From Psychrobacter sp. DM4 (GTDB taxonomy: Bacteria; Pseudomonadota; Gammaproteobacteria; Pseudomonadales; Moraxellaceae): a stretch of 32,000 bases of DNA. Both the position numbers and the translations under genes were made by a program. Shown in pieces: positions 8,804 through 17,490 of the stretch (the stretch's first letter is position 1; each line of letters opens with the position of its first letter). The stretch covers positions 480,001 to 512,000 of the forward strand of contig NZ_CP195536.1 of NCBI RefSeq assembly GCF_051307035.1. Reading direction: 5' to 3'. The notes beneath the pieces were generated by a model. It did no database searches, was not told the DNA's origin, and was given only the letters and a program-made list of their open reading frames with translations.

Positions 8804-10063
8804 ATGTCTACTCCAAACGCCCCTTCTAACCCTAAACCAGTAGCAAGCTCGCGCGTACGCTCTGCAGATTTACCGATTGCATGGATTATGATGTTAGGGC
8901 TAATAGTCGCTGTCGGTCCTTTGTCTATAGACATGTACTTGCCTGCGCTGCCCTCGATGGCAGATAACTTTGGGGTGTCGACTGCCTTTATGGCAAACTC
9001 AGTGCCCGCTTATTTTGTGGGCTTGGTGTTTGGTCAGCTTATCTACGGGCCTTTGAGTGATCGCGTAGGCCGTGTCAAACCTCTATATTTTGGAATGACA
9101 CTATACGTTATTGCCTCTATTGTTTGTGCGACGACAAATAGCGAATACGTATTGTTTGTTGGACGTACCGTACAAGCACTTGGCGCTTGTGTGGGGTCGG
9201 TTGTGACGCGTGCTGCGATTCGTGATCGATTAACAGCCAAACAAACGGCAAAAGCGTTCTCCATTATGATACTCGTCATGGGCCTTGCGCCTATATTAGC
9301 GCCGTCACTTGGTGCATTGTTTTTACAGTTTTTCAGCTGGCATTCTATCTTCTGGTTTTTAGCCGCTTTTGGTGCGCTTAATTTATTGCTGACCAAGTTC
9401 TTTTTCGTTGAAACTTTGACAGAAGAGAATCGCAATGCACGTCCTGCCAAAGAGGTGCTTAGTCAATATTGGGATCTACTCAAAGATAAAAGCTTTAATT
9501 ATCCCGCTATTGGGGGCGGATTGCTGATGGGTGCGATGTTCGTCTATATCAGTTCTGCATCTGAGCTAATTATGGATACTTATGGCGTATCGACGACACA
9601 TTTTGGTTGGCTATTTGGGATGAATGCTGCAGGTTTTGTGCTCTTAACCCAGCTCAATCAATGGCTCACCAATCGTTTTCGTATTCTGAGTATTTTGCGT
9701 TTTGGGGCGATGATGCAGGTTATTTCTGCAGGCGTGCTATTCGTGATAGGTCTGTTTTTGGGTACTGATGCTTGGCTACCACTGGTGCTCACTTGTATCT
9801 TCTTTTGTATTGCAGGTTTAGGACTCACACAGCCTAACGCTTCCGCTATTGCGCTGGCCTTTCAGAAAAAACGCGCGGGCATGGCTAGTGCACTACAAGG
9901 CTCTTTGATGTTCTCAGTGGGCATATTTGGCGGCTTGCTATTGAATCTATTCCCCGTCAATCCCGTACTCAAGATTGGTATTGCTATGTTCTCACTAATG
10001 AGCCTTGGTGCGTATTTAATTTGGCAAATTGATCGTAACTTAAATTTGGACGATGCTGAATAA
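8804..10063 (+). CDS. MFS transporter, Bcr/CflA drug-resistance subfamily
   Basis: The profile shows 12 hydrophobic segments. The N-terminal signature GPLSIDMYLPALPSMADNFGVS and GQLIYGPLSDRVGR match E. coli Bcr as I recall it. Confidence 0.85.
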   Translation: MSTPNAPSNPKPVASSRVRSADLPIAWIMMLGLIVAVGPLSIDMYLPALPSMADNFGVSTAFMANSVPAYFVGLVFGQLIYGPLSDRVGRVKPLYFGMTLYVIASIVCATTNSEYVLFVGRTVQALGACVGSVVTRAAIRDRLTAKQTAKAFSIMILVMGLAPILAPSLGALFLQFFSWHSIFWFLAAFGALNLLLTKFFFVETLTEENRNARPAKEVLSQYWDLLKDKSFNYPAIGGGLLMGAMFVYISSASELIMDTYGVSTTHFGWLFGMNAAGFVLLTQLNQWLTNRFRILSILRFGAMMQVISAGVLFVIGLFLGTDAWLPLVLTCIFFCIAGLGLTQPNASAIALAFQKKRAGMASALQGSLMFSVGIFGGLLLNLFPVNPVLKIGIAMFSLMSLGAYLIWQIDRNLNLDDAE

Positions 10064-10367
10064 GTCATTGATTTTGGTTATAAATACTCTTTACTATTAT
10101 CACCCTAACTTGTTACTGTACGTTGTAATAGTACTAGCGACCATATATCTGTTTATGCTAAAATACAGCGCAGCTATTTTTTGATAGCGCATTTTTTAAC
10201 CAACCAATGACACACACATCATGGCAAAAAACTGCTGGGTGTTTGGCGACTTGATTAATTTGCAGGATTCATTTTTATTTTTTAGAAAAATGGGTAGCAA
10301 ATGCGTGTTGCTAGATAGGCCGTTTTTGTGATGTGGAGGCATAACCCAACCAACAGGATATTTTTAC

Positions 10368-11231
10368 ATGGCAAATGACAACCCAACACAAATCGCAATG
10401 CGCGACTTACTCCAAGCTGGCGCTCACTTTGGTCATCAAACTCGTTTTTGGAATCCAAAAATGGGTCCTTACATCTTTGGCGCTCGCAACAAGATTCATA
10501 TCATCAACCTAGAGCACACCGTAAAAGCTTTTAACGAAGCATTGACTTACGTCAACGGCCTAGCCGCTAAGAAAAATAAAGTACTATTCGTGGGTACTAA
10601 ACGCGCCGCTAGCGGTATCATCCGTGAGCAAGCGGCTCGCGCTGGCATGCCGTATGTTGATCATCGCTGGTTAGGTGGAATGCTGACCAACTGGAAGACA
10701 CTACGCCAGTCAATCACTCGTCTAAAAGAGCTTGAAAAACAAGCAGAAGACGGTACGTTTGCTAAGCTAACTAAACGTGAAGCATTAGAGCGTACGCGTG
10801 ATATGGAAAAGCTTGAGCGTTCACTAGGCGGCATCAAAGACATGGGCGGCCTACCTGACGCCATCTTCGTTGTCGACGTGGATCATGAAGCGATTGCAAT
10901 CAAAGAAGCTAAAAACCTAGGTATCCCAGTTATCGGTATCGTGGATACTAACTCTAACCCAGACAACGTCGATTATATCATCCCTGCTAATGACGATGCT
11001 ATCCGCGCCGTGACTTTGTATGTCAGTTCTATGGCTGATGCGATCATCGCTGGTAAAGAGTATGCACAAACGCAAGCGGGCGGCAAAGTGGATCAAGAAC
11101 AAGCAGCGCCAACTGAGCAAGCACCAGCTGACAAGCAAGCTCCTGCTACCGAAGAATCAGCAACTGCAATTGAGCAGCCTGCTGAGGCGCCTGCGGTTGA
11201 AAATCCAGCCGAAGCACAAACTGATCTATAA
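10368..11231 (+). CDS. rpsB: 30S ribosomal protein S2
   Basis: [22 protein letters not shown] and following sequence are canonical S2. An SD (AGGAT) is present and tsf lies downstream. An Ala/Pro/Glu/Gln-rich C-terminal tail of about 47 aa extends beyond the E. coli length. Confidence 0.97.
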   Translation: MANDNPTQIAMRDLLQAGAHFGHQTRFWNPKMGPYIFGARNKIHIINLEHTVKAFNEALTYVNGLAAKKNKVLFVGTKRAASGIIREQAARAGMPYVDHRWLGGMLTNWKTLRQSITRLKELEKQAEDGTFAKLTKREALERTRDMEKLERSLGGIKDMGGLPDAIFVVDVDHEAIAIKEAKNLGIPVIGIVDTNSNPDNVDYIIPANDDAIRAVTLYVSSMADAIIAGKEYAQTQAGGKVDQEQAAPTEQAPADKQAPATEESATAIEQPAEAPAVENPAEAQTDL

Positions 11232-11286
11232 GTCTTAACGATAGCGTTACATTGACTCATTGTCAGTGACCTATTTAGCACCGATA

Positions 11287-11325
11287 AAGGGCATGATGAA
11301 ATAGTACTCGTCATGCCTTATTATT
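11287..11325 (+). terminator. hairpin in the rpsB-tsf spacer; possible partial terminator or attenuator
   Basis: GGCATGA (11290-11296) pairs with TCATGCC (11311-11317), followed by TTATTATT. The stem is short and the U-tract interrupted. Confidence 0.3.
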
Positions 11326-11397
11326 AGCAAAACGCTATCTCTCGTTAAGCAAACCTATATCAAGCACACTCACAAACAACAAATAGAGGTAACTCTT

Positions 11398-12282
11398 ATG
11401 ACAGACGTAAAAGTATCTGCCAAAATGGTAAAAGAATTGCGTGACCGTACAGGTCTTGGCATGATGGAATGCAAAAAAGCGCTAGAGGAATCAAATGGTG
11501 ATGTTGAAGTTGCCATCGACAACTTGCGTAAATCTGGTCAAGCAAAGGCGGCTAAAAAAGCAGGTAATATCGCCGCTGACGGTGCTATTATCATCGCGCA
11601 AAATGACAAAAAAGCATTCCTAGTCGAAGTAAACTGCCAAACCGACTTTGTTGCAAAAGATGATAACTTCACCGCATTTGCTGAAAAAGTAGCAAATATC
11701 GCTTTAGAGAACGACACAACTGACGTTGCCACTATTGGCGAGTTGCCTTATGGCGACGGTCAAACCGTTGAAGAAGCTCGTGTATCACTCGTACAAAAAA
11801 TAGGTGAGAACATTCAATTACGCCGCGTTGAGAGCTTACAAGGTGATAATCTTGCCTCTTATCGTCATGGTCTACGCATCGGTGTGGTCGTCTCTTTTGA
11901 AGGTGGCACTGCGGATACAGGTAAGAACCTTGCCATGCATATCGCCGCTTTTAACCCAGTAGCGGTTGATGATGAAGACGTTGCAGCGGACGTATTAGCT
12001 CGCGAAAAAGACATCATCGAGTCTAAAGCTCGTGAGTCAGGTAAGCCTGACAACATCGTCGAAAAAATGATCGAAGGTGGTCTACGTAAATATCTAGACG
12101 AAGTGACCTTGTTACGTCAGCCTTATGTCATGGACAATGACAAAAAGGTCGGCGACGTACTAAAAGCGGAAGGCGTTAAAGTATTAGGCTTTAAGCGTTT
12201 AGAAGTTGGTGAAGGCATTGAGAAAAAGCAAGAAGACTTTGCCGCAGAAGTTGCTGCAACGCAAGCTGCTGCAAACCAGTAA
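11398..12282 (+). CDS. tsf: translation elongation factor Ts
   Basis: [25 protein letters not shown] (UBA-like N-terminus) and CQTDFVAKD are canonical EF-Ts. The gene is in the rpsB-tsf operon position and has an SD (AGAGG). Confidence 0.97.
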   Translation: MTDVKVSAKMVKELRDRTGLGMMECKKALEESNGDVEVAIDNLRKSGQAKAAKKAGNIAADGAIIIAQNDKKAFLVEVNCQTDFVAKDDNFTAFAEKVANIALENDTTDVATIGELPYGDGQTVEEARVSLVQKIGENIQLRRVESLQGDNLASYRHGLRIGVVVSFEGGTADTGKNLAMHIAAFNPVAVDDEDVAADVLAREKDIIESKARESGKPDNIVEKMIEGGLRKYLDEVTLLRQPYVMDNDKKVGDVLKAEGVKVLGFKRLEVGEGIEKKQEDFAAEVAATQAAANQ

Positions 12283-12346
12283 GTGATTACTAAAGGTCAG
12301 ACAAGTATTGCTTGTATGACTTAGTGATTGCAAATTAAATAAATAC

Positions 12347-12378
12347 AAAAAAGCCCGCTATCTATTAGCGGGCTTTTT
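12347..12378. terminator. bidirectional rho-independent terminator between tsf and the convergent transglycosylase gene
   Basis: The stem pairs AGCCCGCT (12352-12359) with AGCGGGCT (12367-12374). It is flanked by an A-run (12347-12352) and a T-run (12374-12378). Confidence 0.85.
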
Positions 12379-12418
12379 GCATCATGCAATATATGAACCC
12401 TTTAAGAAGGTAATTGGC

Positions 12419-13210
12419 TTAACGTAGCGCGGCGTAAGCTGAATTAGTATAGCTGGCACTGTTATTAGTCGTACCGAAGCTGACATTTTGCATAGAGCTA
12501 TTGTCATTTATACCATTATAAGTAGTCGAGCTGGTTGAGAGTCCAGAGTCGTTTTTGTACAAGCTATGATAGCGGCTCATCACTTTTTTGACGTAGTTGC
12601 GGGTTTCTTTAAAAGGAGGAATGCCATTATACTTATCGACGTTGCCTTCGCCAGCGTTATAGCCTGCGATAGCAAATTCGATATTATTGTCAAAACGGCG
12701 CATTAGCCAAGCGATATATTTAGCTGAGCCTTCGATATTATCCGCAGGATCCCAAGCATTGCTGACTTTGAAACGTCTAGCAGTAGCAGGCATTAGTTGC
12801 ATCAAACCTTGAGCACCGACAGGAGAGCGAGCATTAGGGTTAAAGGCTGACTCAGTATGCATCATAGCCTTCATAAGACCAGGATCTACGCCATGACGCG
12901 TAGCTGAGGCACGAATATAGCTGTCGTAAGCGTTGCGGCTACCGCTATTACTAGCAGGACTACTACCATAATCATTACTATTTGCGCTATTGTTATAGTT
13001 GCTACTATCTTTATAGTAGGTGACTTTTACTTTTTTGGTGAATTTTTCAAAATTGCCACTAGGGTTCACGTTAGTTAGTAGGACTTGTCCGCCTTTGTCT
13101 TTATAGATATACATATTGCCTGCGTGCGCATTTATAGAAAGCGCAGACAAGGCAATAGAGGTCAATAATATTGGTGACAGACAACGACTAAGGGTTTGGG
13201 TGTTTATCAT
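12419..13210 (-). CDS. lytic murein transglycosylase (SLT domain) with signal peptide and DUF4124-like N-terminal segment
   Basis: The SLT catalytic region is MHTESAFNPNARSPVGAQGLMQLMPATA ... AGYNAG. The signal peptide ends INAHA, and the MYIYKDKGGQVLLTN segment is DUF4124-like. I place the start at the ATG at 13210; the ORF-track start at 13231 is TTG. Confidence 0.85.
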   Translation of the reverse strand: MINTQTLSRCLSPILLTSIALSALSINAHAGNMYIYKDKGGQVLLTNVNPSGNFEKFTKKVKVTYYKDSSNYNNSANSNDYGSSPASNSGSRNAYDSYIRASATRHGVDPGLMKAMMHTESAFNPNARSPVGAQGLMQLMPATARRFKVSNAWDPADNIEGSAKYIAWLMRRFDNNIEFAIAGYNAGEGNVDKYNGIPPFKETRNYVKKVMSRYHSLYKNDSGLSTSSTTYNGINDNSSMQNVSFGTTNNSASYTNSAYAALR

Positions 13211-13307
13211 AAAGGCATCACTTTTTATCAAATACGATCAGATTGCTTAATGTTTTGAGGCGCTTGAGAATCAGCTTATTCAAAATAGATATGAATAACA
13301 GTACCTT

Positions 13308-13329
13308 ACTATAACACAACTATAACACA
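13308..13329. repeat. perfect 11-bp tandem duplication (ACTATAACACA x2)
   Basis: Read directly: 13308-13318 is identical to 13319-13329. It lies in the spacer upstream of the transglycosylase gene. Confidence 0.9.
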
Positions 13330-13411
13330 AAACTCGAAATGAACTTATGTCCAAGATAATGATGAGATAGACTGAACTGTTTGAAATTTTGTATTTTTCT
13401 TAAACAGTATA

Positions 13412-14101
13412 CTATGCTAAAAGCGCACTGAAGAATATAGGCACCCATACTGCGGTCAAAAGTCCATTGACCGCCAAGCCGAAAGCTGCATAACGTCCAG
13501 CCGTGGCACTAATTTGCCATGCTTCAACGGTACCAAAGGCATGCGCCGCTAGTCCTAATGCCAAGCCTTTGGCACGATCATCATCGATACCGCGAAACAA
13601 GAATCGTGCGAGTGTGCCACCAAGCAGACCTGATACGATAATAATTAAATTCGCCATGGCTAGAGGAGCGCCAATCAAATCTGCCACACTCAAGCCAATA
13701 GGCGTGGTTACAGAGCGCGTTGCAAATGCCAAAATAGTTTCTTGACTAAGCGAAAATAGATAAGCGAGTGACATTGGTAATAGAGCACCGATAACGCTAG
13801 CCATAAGCACAATCATGGAGAGACGTTTGACAGGCAAACCTTTAAAGCTCATTGCTGCTAGAGGCACAGCAAGTAAGACCGTTACATAGCCTAACAGATG
13901 ATCGAAAACAGGTTTTGCTACGCTATAGTAGTGCTCATAATCCCATTGTAAAATAAACAAAAATACAATGACCAAAACTAGCGCGGTAATCACCATAGGC
14001 AACCAAGTAAGCCTCTTTGCAAGGATACGTGCGCTCACATGCGCGACCAGAGTCAATAGGATCGCCGCACCTGTCGCTACTACTATATTGTTAAAATACA
14101 T
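13412..14101 (-). CDS. lrgB: LrgB/CidB family membrane protein
   Basis: A polytopic membrane protein of about 229 aa sits immediately downstream of a small LrgA-like protein. The GLA..AHA.GT region is typical of LrgB. I place the start at the ATG at 14101 with SD AAGGG; the track start at 14116 is TTG. Confidence 0.8.
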   Translation of the reverse strand: MYFNNIVVATGAAILLTLVAHVSARILAKRLTWLPMVITALVLVIVFLFILQWDYEHYYSVAKPVFDHLLGYVTVLLAVPLAAMSFKGLPVKRLSMIVLMASVIGALLPMSLAYLFSLSQETILAFATRSVTTPIGLSVADLIGAPLAMANLIIIVSGLLGGTLARFLFRGIDDDRAKGLALGLAAHAFGTVEAWQISATAGRYAAFGLAVNGLLTAVWVPIFFSALLA

Positions 14102-14147
14102 GATTACCCTTAGCAAAACACATAACGACCTCTAATAAAATGCACGA

Positions 14148-14585
14148 CTACTCTTGAGGCCTAGTAGACTTTCTTGACGCCTCTACTGAAGTATCCACAG
14201 TGTCGCTGCTATTTAACCAGCGATTGGCCAGAATACCAAGACCCCATAGCGGTATGAGCGTACTGATAACCATCGTTAATATGACACCCCATAACTCATC
14301 ACCAAGCCCAAAAAGCAAGATACCAGCGCCAGCAGAGACGGGCAAAAAGGCAAAACCACTGTCGACGAGCAAGGTATTACTAGCTTGAGTGAGCCAATGG
14401 GGTAGACCCTTTATCAAGCGCCAAGCTATAAGTATAAAGAACATCGCAACCAAACCGACGATATTAGCGGCTTTTTCGATGCCAGCCCAGCCACAGATAA
14501 TGACCGCCGACTCACGGACAACAATAACCATGGCAAGCGTTAGAATTACAGCCATCCATAATGGCAGTTTTGAGCGAGAGATCAT
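14148..14585 (-). CDS. lrgA: CidA/LrgA family holin-like membrane protein
   Basis: The protein is 145 aa with four hydrophobic segments. It is paired with the LrgB-like gene 46 nt downstream on the same strand. Confidence 0.8.
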   Translation of the reverse strand: MISRSKLPLWMAVILTLAMVIVVRESAVIICGWAGIEKAANIVGLVAMFFILIAWRLIKGLPHWLTQASNTLLVDSGFAFLPVSAGAGILLFGLGDELWGVILTMVISTLIPLWGLGILANRWLNSSDTVDTSVEASRKSTRPQE

Positions 14586-14780
14586 AAGTGACTCATGGTG
14601 TATTATAAAACGAAATAGTTTGCTTAAAATCTGAGTTGCACCAAGTAATGATATCCAGATGACATCTTACTCAACACAATTGTCTATTATGTAAGCGCCA
14701 ATTATATACAGAGTGGAGATATTAATACACCTAGATTCAAAAAGGATACCGTATGACAAGAGTAATCAATATAACGCTAT

Positions 14781-14822
14781 AAAAAACAAGCGGCACTCAT
14801 CGTATAGGACAAGTACCGCTTG
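14781..14822 (-). terminator. rho-independent terminator of hflX
   Basis: On the minus strand CAAGCGGTAC...GTGCCGCTTG forms a stem of 9 pairs with one mismatch, followed by TTTTTT. It lies about 55 nt after the hflX stop. Confidence 0.6.
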
Positions 14823-14876
14823 CATTGAGCTAAAGGTATTTTAATCATTGCTGACAAAAGCCTTTCAACTGATCTA

Positions 14877-16334
14877 CTAAACCTCTGGTGTAGTATTTGG
14901 CGATGCTAAGTCTATTTCAGTCTCATTGTCTAAATGGCTGTTCAAAGGGTCTTTTGCTTCAGCACTAGAGGCATCTGTGTCAGTTACTGACTCATCATTT
15001 TCAGCTGTCTCAAAAGGTTCAAGAACAGGCATTAATAGCGTTGCTTGTGCTAAAGGCAGTACATCCAAAGGCGATAAATCGGCTTGACCCAGTAGCTGTT
15101 TTAGCCTATCACTTGGCAAACGTATCGTTAAGCACTCATGCCCCGTATCATCGTAGCTCTCCTCGGTTATAACACCCAGCTCATACAAAGTATTTTTGAA
15201 TTGGCCTGCATTATAAGGTAGCGTCAAATCAAAGGTCGTTAGCGTCCCAGTCAGCAGCTGCTGTACGGCAAGAGATAGCTCTTCCATACCGAGGTTTTCT
15301 CTCGATGATACATAGACACGATTGGGCTTGCCTGCGCTGGCATAGCCAATACGAGCAGGCTCATCGGTGAGATCAATCTTATTATAGACGTTGAGTACAG
15401 GAACGTCGTTGTCAATCTCAGCCAGCACCGCTTTGACCGCTTGAATCTGCTCGTGCATATCTTCACTTGAGGAGTCGATGACGTGAAGTAATAGATCCGC
15501 CTCTAATGTTTCCTCAAGAGTTGCATGAAAAGACTCGACTAGCTCATGCGGTAAATGGCGCACGAATCCTACCGTATCGACCAAGACCACACGTCCAACC
15601 CCTTGCCAGTCTAGACGGCGCAGCGTTGGATCAAGCGTGGCAAAGAGTTTGTCCGCGGCATAAATATTCTCATCGACCAGACGATTAAATAGAGTGGACT
15701 TGCCAGCATTAGTGTAGCCGACAAGCGAGATAGTTGGTACGTCAGATTTTTGCCGACGAGCCCGACCTTGCGCGCGCGTTTGGCGTACCTTTTCAAGCTT
15801 GCTTTTAAGCTGATTGACTCGCGTTTGTAGTAGGCGGCGATCGGTCTCAAGCTGCGTCTCACCAGGACCACGCAGACCGATACCGCCCTTTTGACGCTCC
15901 AAATGCGTCCAACCGCGAACGAGGCGCGTAGATAAATGGTTGAGCTGCGCCAGCTCCACTTGCAATTTACCTTCGTAAGTGCGAGCGCGCTGAGCAAAAA
16001 TATCTAAGATCAAACCAGTGCGATCAAGAACGCGGCACTGGGCTATCGTTTCAAGGTTACGCTCTTGTGAGGGCGATAGATTGTGATTAAAAAGAACGAT
16101 ATCAGCATCATGCTCACGTACCAATTCAGCGATCTCTTCTGCTTTGCCGCTACCCACAAAGTACTTGGCATCAGGTTTTAGGCGTGAGCCTGTTACTAGT
16201 GCCAATCGATCCGCACCTGCAGAGTCAGCCAGTAACTCAAATTCGCCAAGATCATCAGGATCTTGAATCTGGCGGATGTCTAAATGGACGATAATGGCGC
16301 GATCGCCACCTGCATGTCTATCAAAATATTCCAA
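14877..16334 (-). CDS. hflX: ribosome-associated GTPase HflX
   Basis: The protein is collinear with E. coli HflX (FDR..AG...A..VH N-terminus; GKLQVELAQL; GPGETQLETDRR). The G1 (GYTNAGKST), G3 (DTVGF) and G4 (NKID) motifs are present. The start codon is TTG at 16334 with an AGGTGA SD 7 nt upstream. An acidic C-terminal tail is present. Confidence 0.94.
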   Translation of the reverse strand: MEYFDRHAGGDRAIIVHLDIRQIQDPDDLGEFELLADSAGADRLALVTGSRLKPDAKYFVGSGKAEEIAELVREHDADIVLFNHNLSPSQERNLETIAQCRVLDRTGLILDIFAQRARTYEGKLQVELAQLNHLSTRLVRGWTHLERQKGGIGLRGPGETQLETDRRLLQTRVNQLKSKLEKVRQTRAQGRARRQKSDVPTISLVGYTNAGKSTLFNRLVDENIYAADKLFATLDPTLRRLDWQGVGRVVLVDTVGFVRHLPHELVESFHATLEETLEADLLLHVIDSSSEDMHEQIQAVKAVLAEIDNDVPVLNVYNKIDLTDEPARIGYASAGKPNRVYVSSRENLGMEELSLAVQQLLTGTLTTFDLTLPYNAGQFKNTLYELGVITEESYDDTGHECLTIRLPSDRLKQLLGQADLSPLDVLPLAQATLLMPVLEPFETAENDESVTDTDASSAEAKDPLNSHLDNETEIDLASPNTTPEV

Positions 16335-16582
16335 AAATAGTCACCTATAATTAATTTATCACATTGATATAACGTTCTATATGTGGTCTTATCCGTCGAT
16401 ATTAAAGCGTATGAGTGCATTTTGCGATAACTTTATGTTAATAGAGTCTAAGTGAACGCTAAGCGTAAACGACCTGAGTGAACAAATCGTCACCGACTCA
16501 GAGAAGTTTGTTATACTTGTTTCGCTTTTTATCCTTCCTCACTTCTTATTATAATAACGCACTATATTCACAAGGGACAAAG

Positions 16583-17383
16583 ATGAGTCAATCTAAGTCA
16601 AATTTTTCAATCAAAAAACAGTTGGGCCGCGGCAAACAAATCGCTGGTATGACGACAACGATGGTAGGCGGCTTACGCGCCGCTCAGCGTATTGGCGCTT
16701 TTAGAGAGCCTCCTAGAGAAAAATTACCACGCTATATTCAAGCGTTTTGTCGCAAGATGGCAGGCTCGTTCGGTGTCAAGGTCGTAGAGGTCGAGCCAGT
16801 ACCGCAGCATCACGGTCTATGGGTATCGAACCACGTCTCATGGATGGATATACCGGTCGTAGGCACTGTGAGTCCAGCGTTCTTTTTATCCAAAGCTGAG
16901 ATTGGCGAGTGGCCAGTATTTGGTAAGCTTGCACACGCTGCTGGTACAGTGTTTATTCAACGTGGTTCAGGAGATGCAGGATCGGTAGCCACGCAAATTG
17001 CGGATTTCTTAAAAGAAGGCTTTTCAGTCATATTCTTCCCTGAAGCGACCACGACTGATGGCAAGAAAATTAAGCGCATCCATGGCACGCTATTGCAAGC
17101 AGCAATAGATGCCAAAGTACCGGTACAACCTATGGTATTAGCTTATGTCAATAAAGACGGCACGTTAAGTGACGCGTTACCTTATTATGGTAAACTCACC
17201 ATGAAAGAGAGCCTTAAAAAAGTACTTGATAGCAAAAACATCACCGCTTATGTCCTACCACTTGAGCCAATAGACCCTAATGGCTATAGTAAAAGTGAGA
17301 TAACTGATAAGTTACAGGAGCGTATGCAAGAGGGTTTAGAGGCGCTACATTCTAGAGTACTTAACAGATCGCCTCAGATATAG
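16583..17383 (+). CDS. 1-acyl-sn-glycerol-3-phosphate acyltransferase family (PlsC-like) protein
   Basis: The acyltransferase motifs NHVSWMD (HX4D) and FPEATTTDG are present. I place the start at the ATG at 16583 with SD AAGGGA; the ORF-track GTG at 16478 adds 35 implausible residues. Confidence 0.8.
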   Translation: MSQSKSNFSIKKQLGRGKQIAGMTTTMVGGLRAAQRIGAFREPPREKLPRYIQAFCRKMAGSFGVKVVEVEPVPQHHGLWVSNHVSWMDIPVVGTVSPAFFLSKAEIGEWPVFGKLAHAAGTVFIQRGSGDAGSVATQIADFLKEGFSVIFFPEATTTDGKKIKRIHGTLLQAAIDAKVPVQPMVLAYVNKDGTLSDALPYYGKLTMKESLKKVLDSKNITAYVLPLEPIDPNGYSKSEITDKLQERMQEGLEALHSRVLNRSPQI

Positions 17384-17425
17384 AGTCTTTAGTGTTTCAC
17401 TCGAACTGTTTGTATTCAGTCATAT

Positions 17426-17463
17426 AAAAAACGGCGCAAACCTTGATGGGGTGCGCCGTTTTT
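17426..17463. terminator. bidirectional rho-independent terminator between the acyltransferase gene and tas
   Basis: ACGGCGCA (17431-17438) pairs with TGCGCCGT (17452-17459). It is flanked by an A-run (17426-17431) and a T-run (17459-17463). Confidence 0.85.
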
Positions 17464-17490
17464 GTTGAGCGATCTCATTGCACAATAAAA

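Noticed and set aside
9043-10068. Minus-strand ORFs (135 aa and 68 aa) inside the MFS transporter gene
   Set aside because: They are antisense shadow ORFs of a well-supported 12-TM transporter. They have no independent start signals or recognisable domains.
11020-11314. Alternative-frame ORFs overlapping the 3' end of rpsB (11020..11238 plus strand, 11093..11314 minus strand)
   Set aside because: They are generated by the quasi-repetitive GCA/GCT-rich DNA that encodes the S2 tail. The translated products are homopolymer-like, and the rpsB frame continues the conserved protein.
13412-14585. Holin-like lrgA/lrgB plus the nearby transglycosylase as a prophage lysis cassette
   Set aside because: No other phage genes (terminase, capsid, integrase, repressor) and no att-like repeats are nearby. 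The genes are flanked by tsf and hflX, and LrgAB pairs are ordinary chromosomal genes.
14745-14783. 9-codon mini-ORF (MTRVINITL) with an AAGGA SD in the lrgA-hflX spacer
   Set aside because: It is too short to support without conservation or ribosome-profiling data, and it overlaps the hflX terminator region.
15251-15997. ORFs nested in hflX (15251..15466, 15611..15997 minus strand; 15506..15688 plus strand)
   Set aside because: They are out of frame or antisense within a gene that is collinear with E. coli HflX along its length. No independent evidence supports them.
16335-16582. hflX lacks the usual hfq upstream and hflK/hflC downstream
   Set aside because: The observation is real, but the hfq-hflXKC arrangement is not universal. 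Nothing in the sequence (remnants or pseudogenes) indicates a recent disruption.
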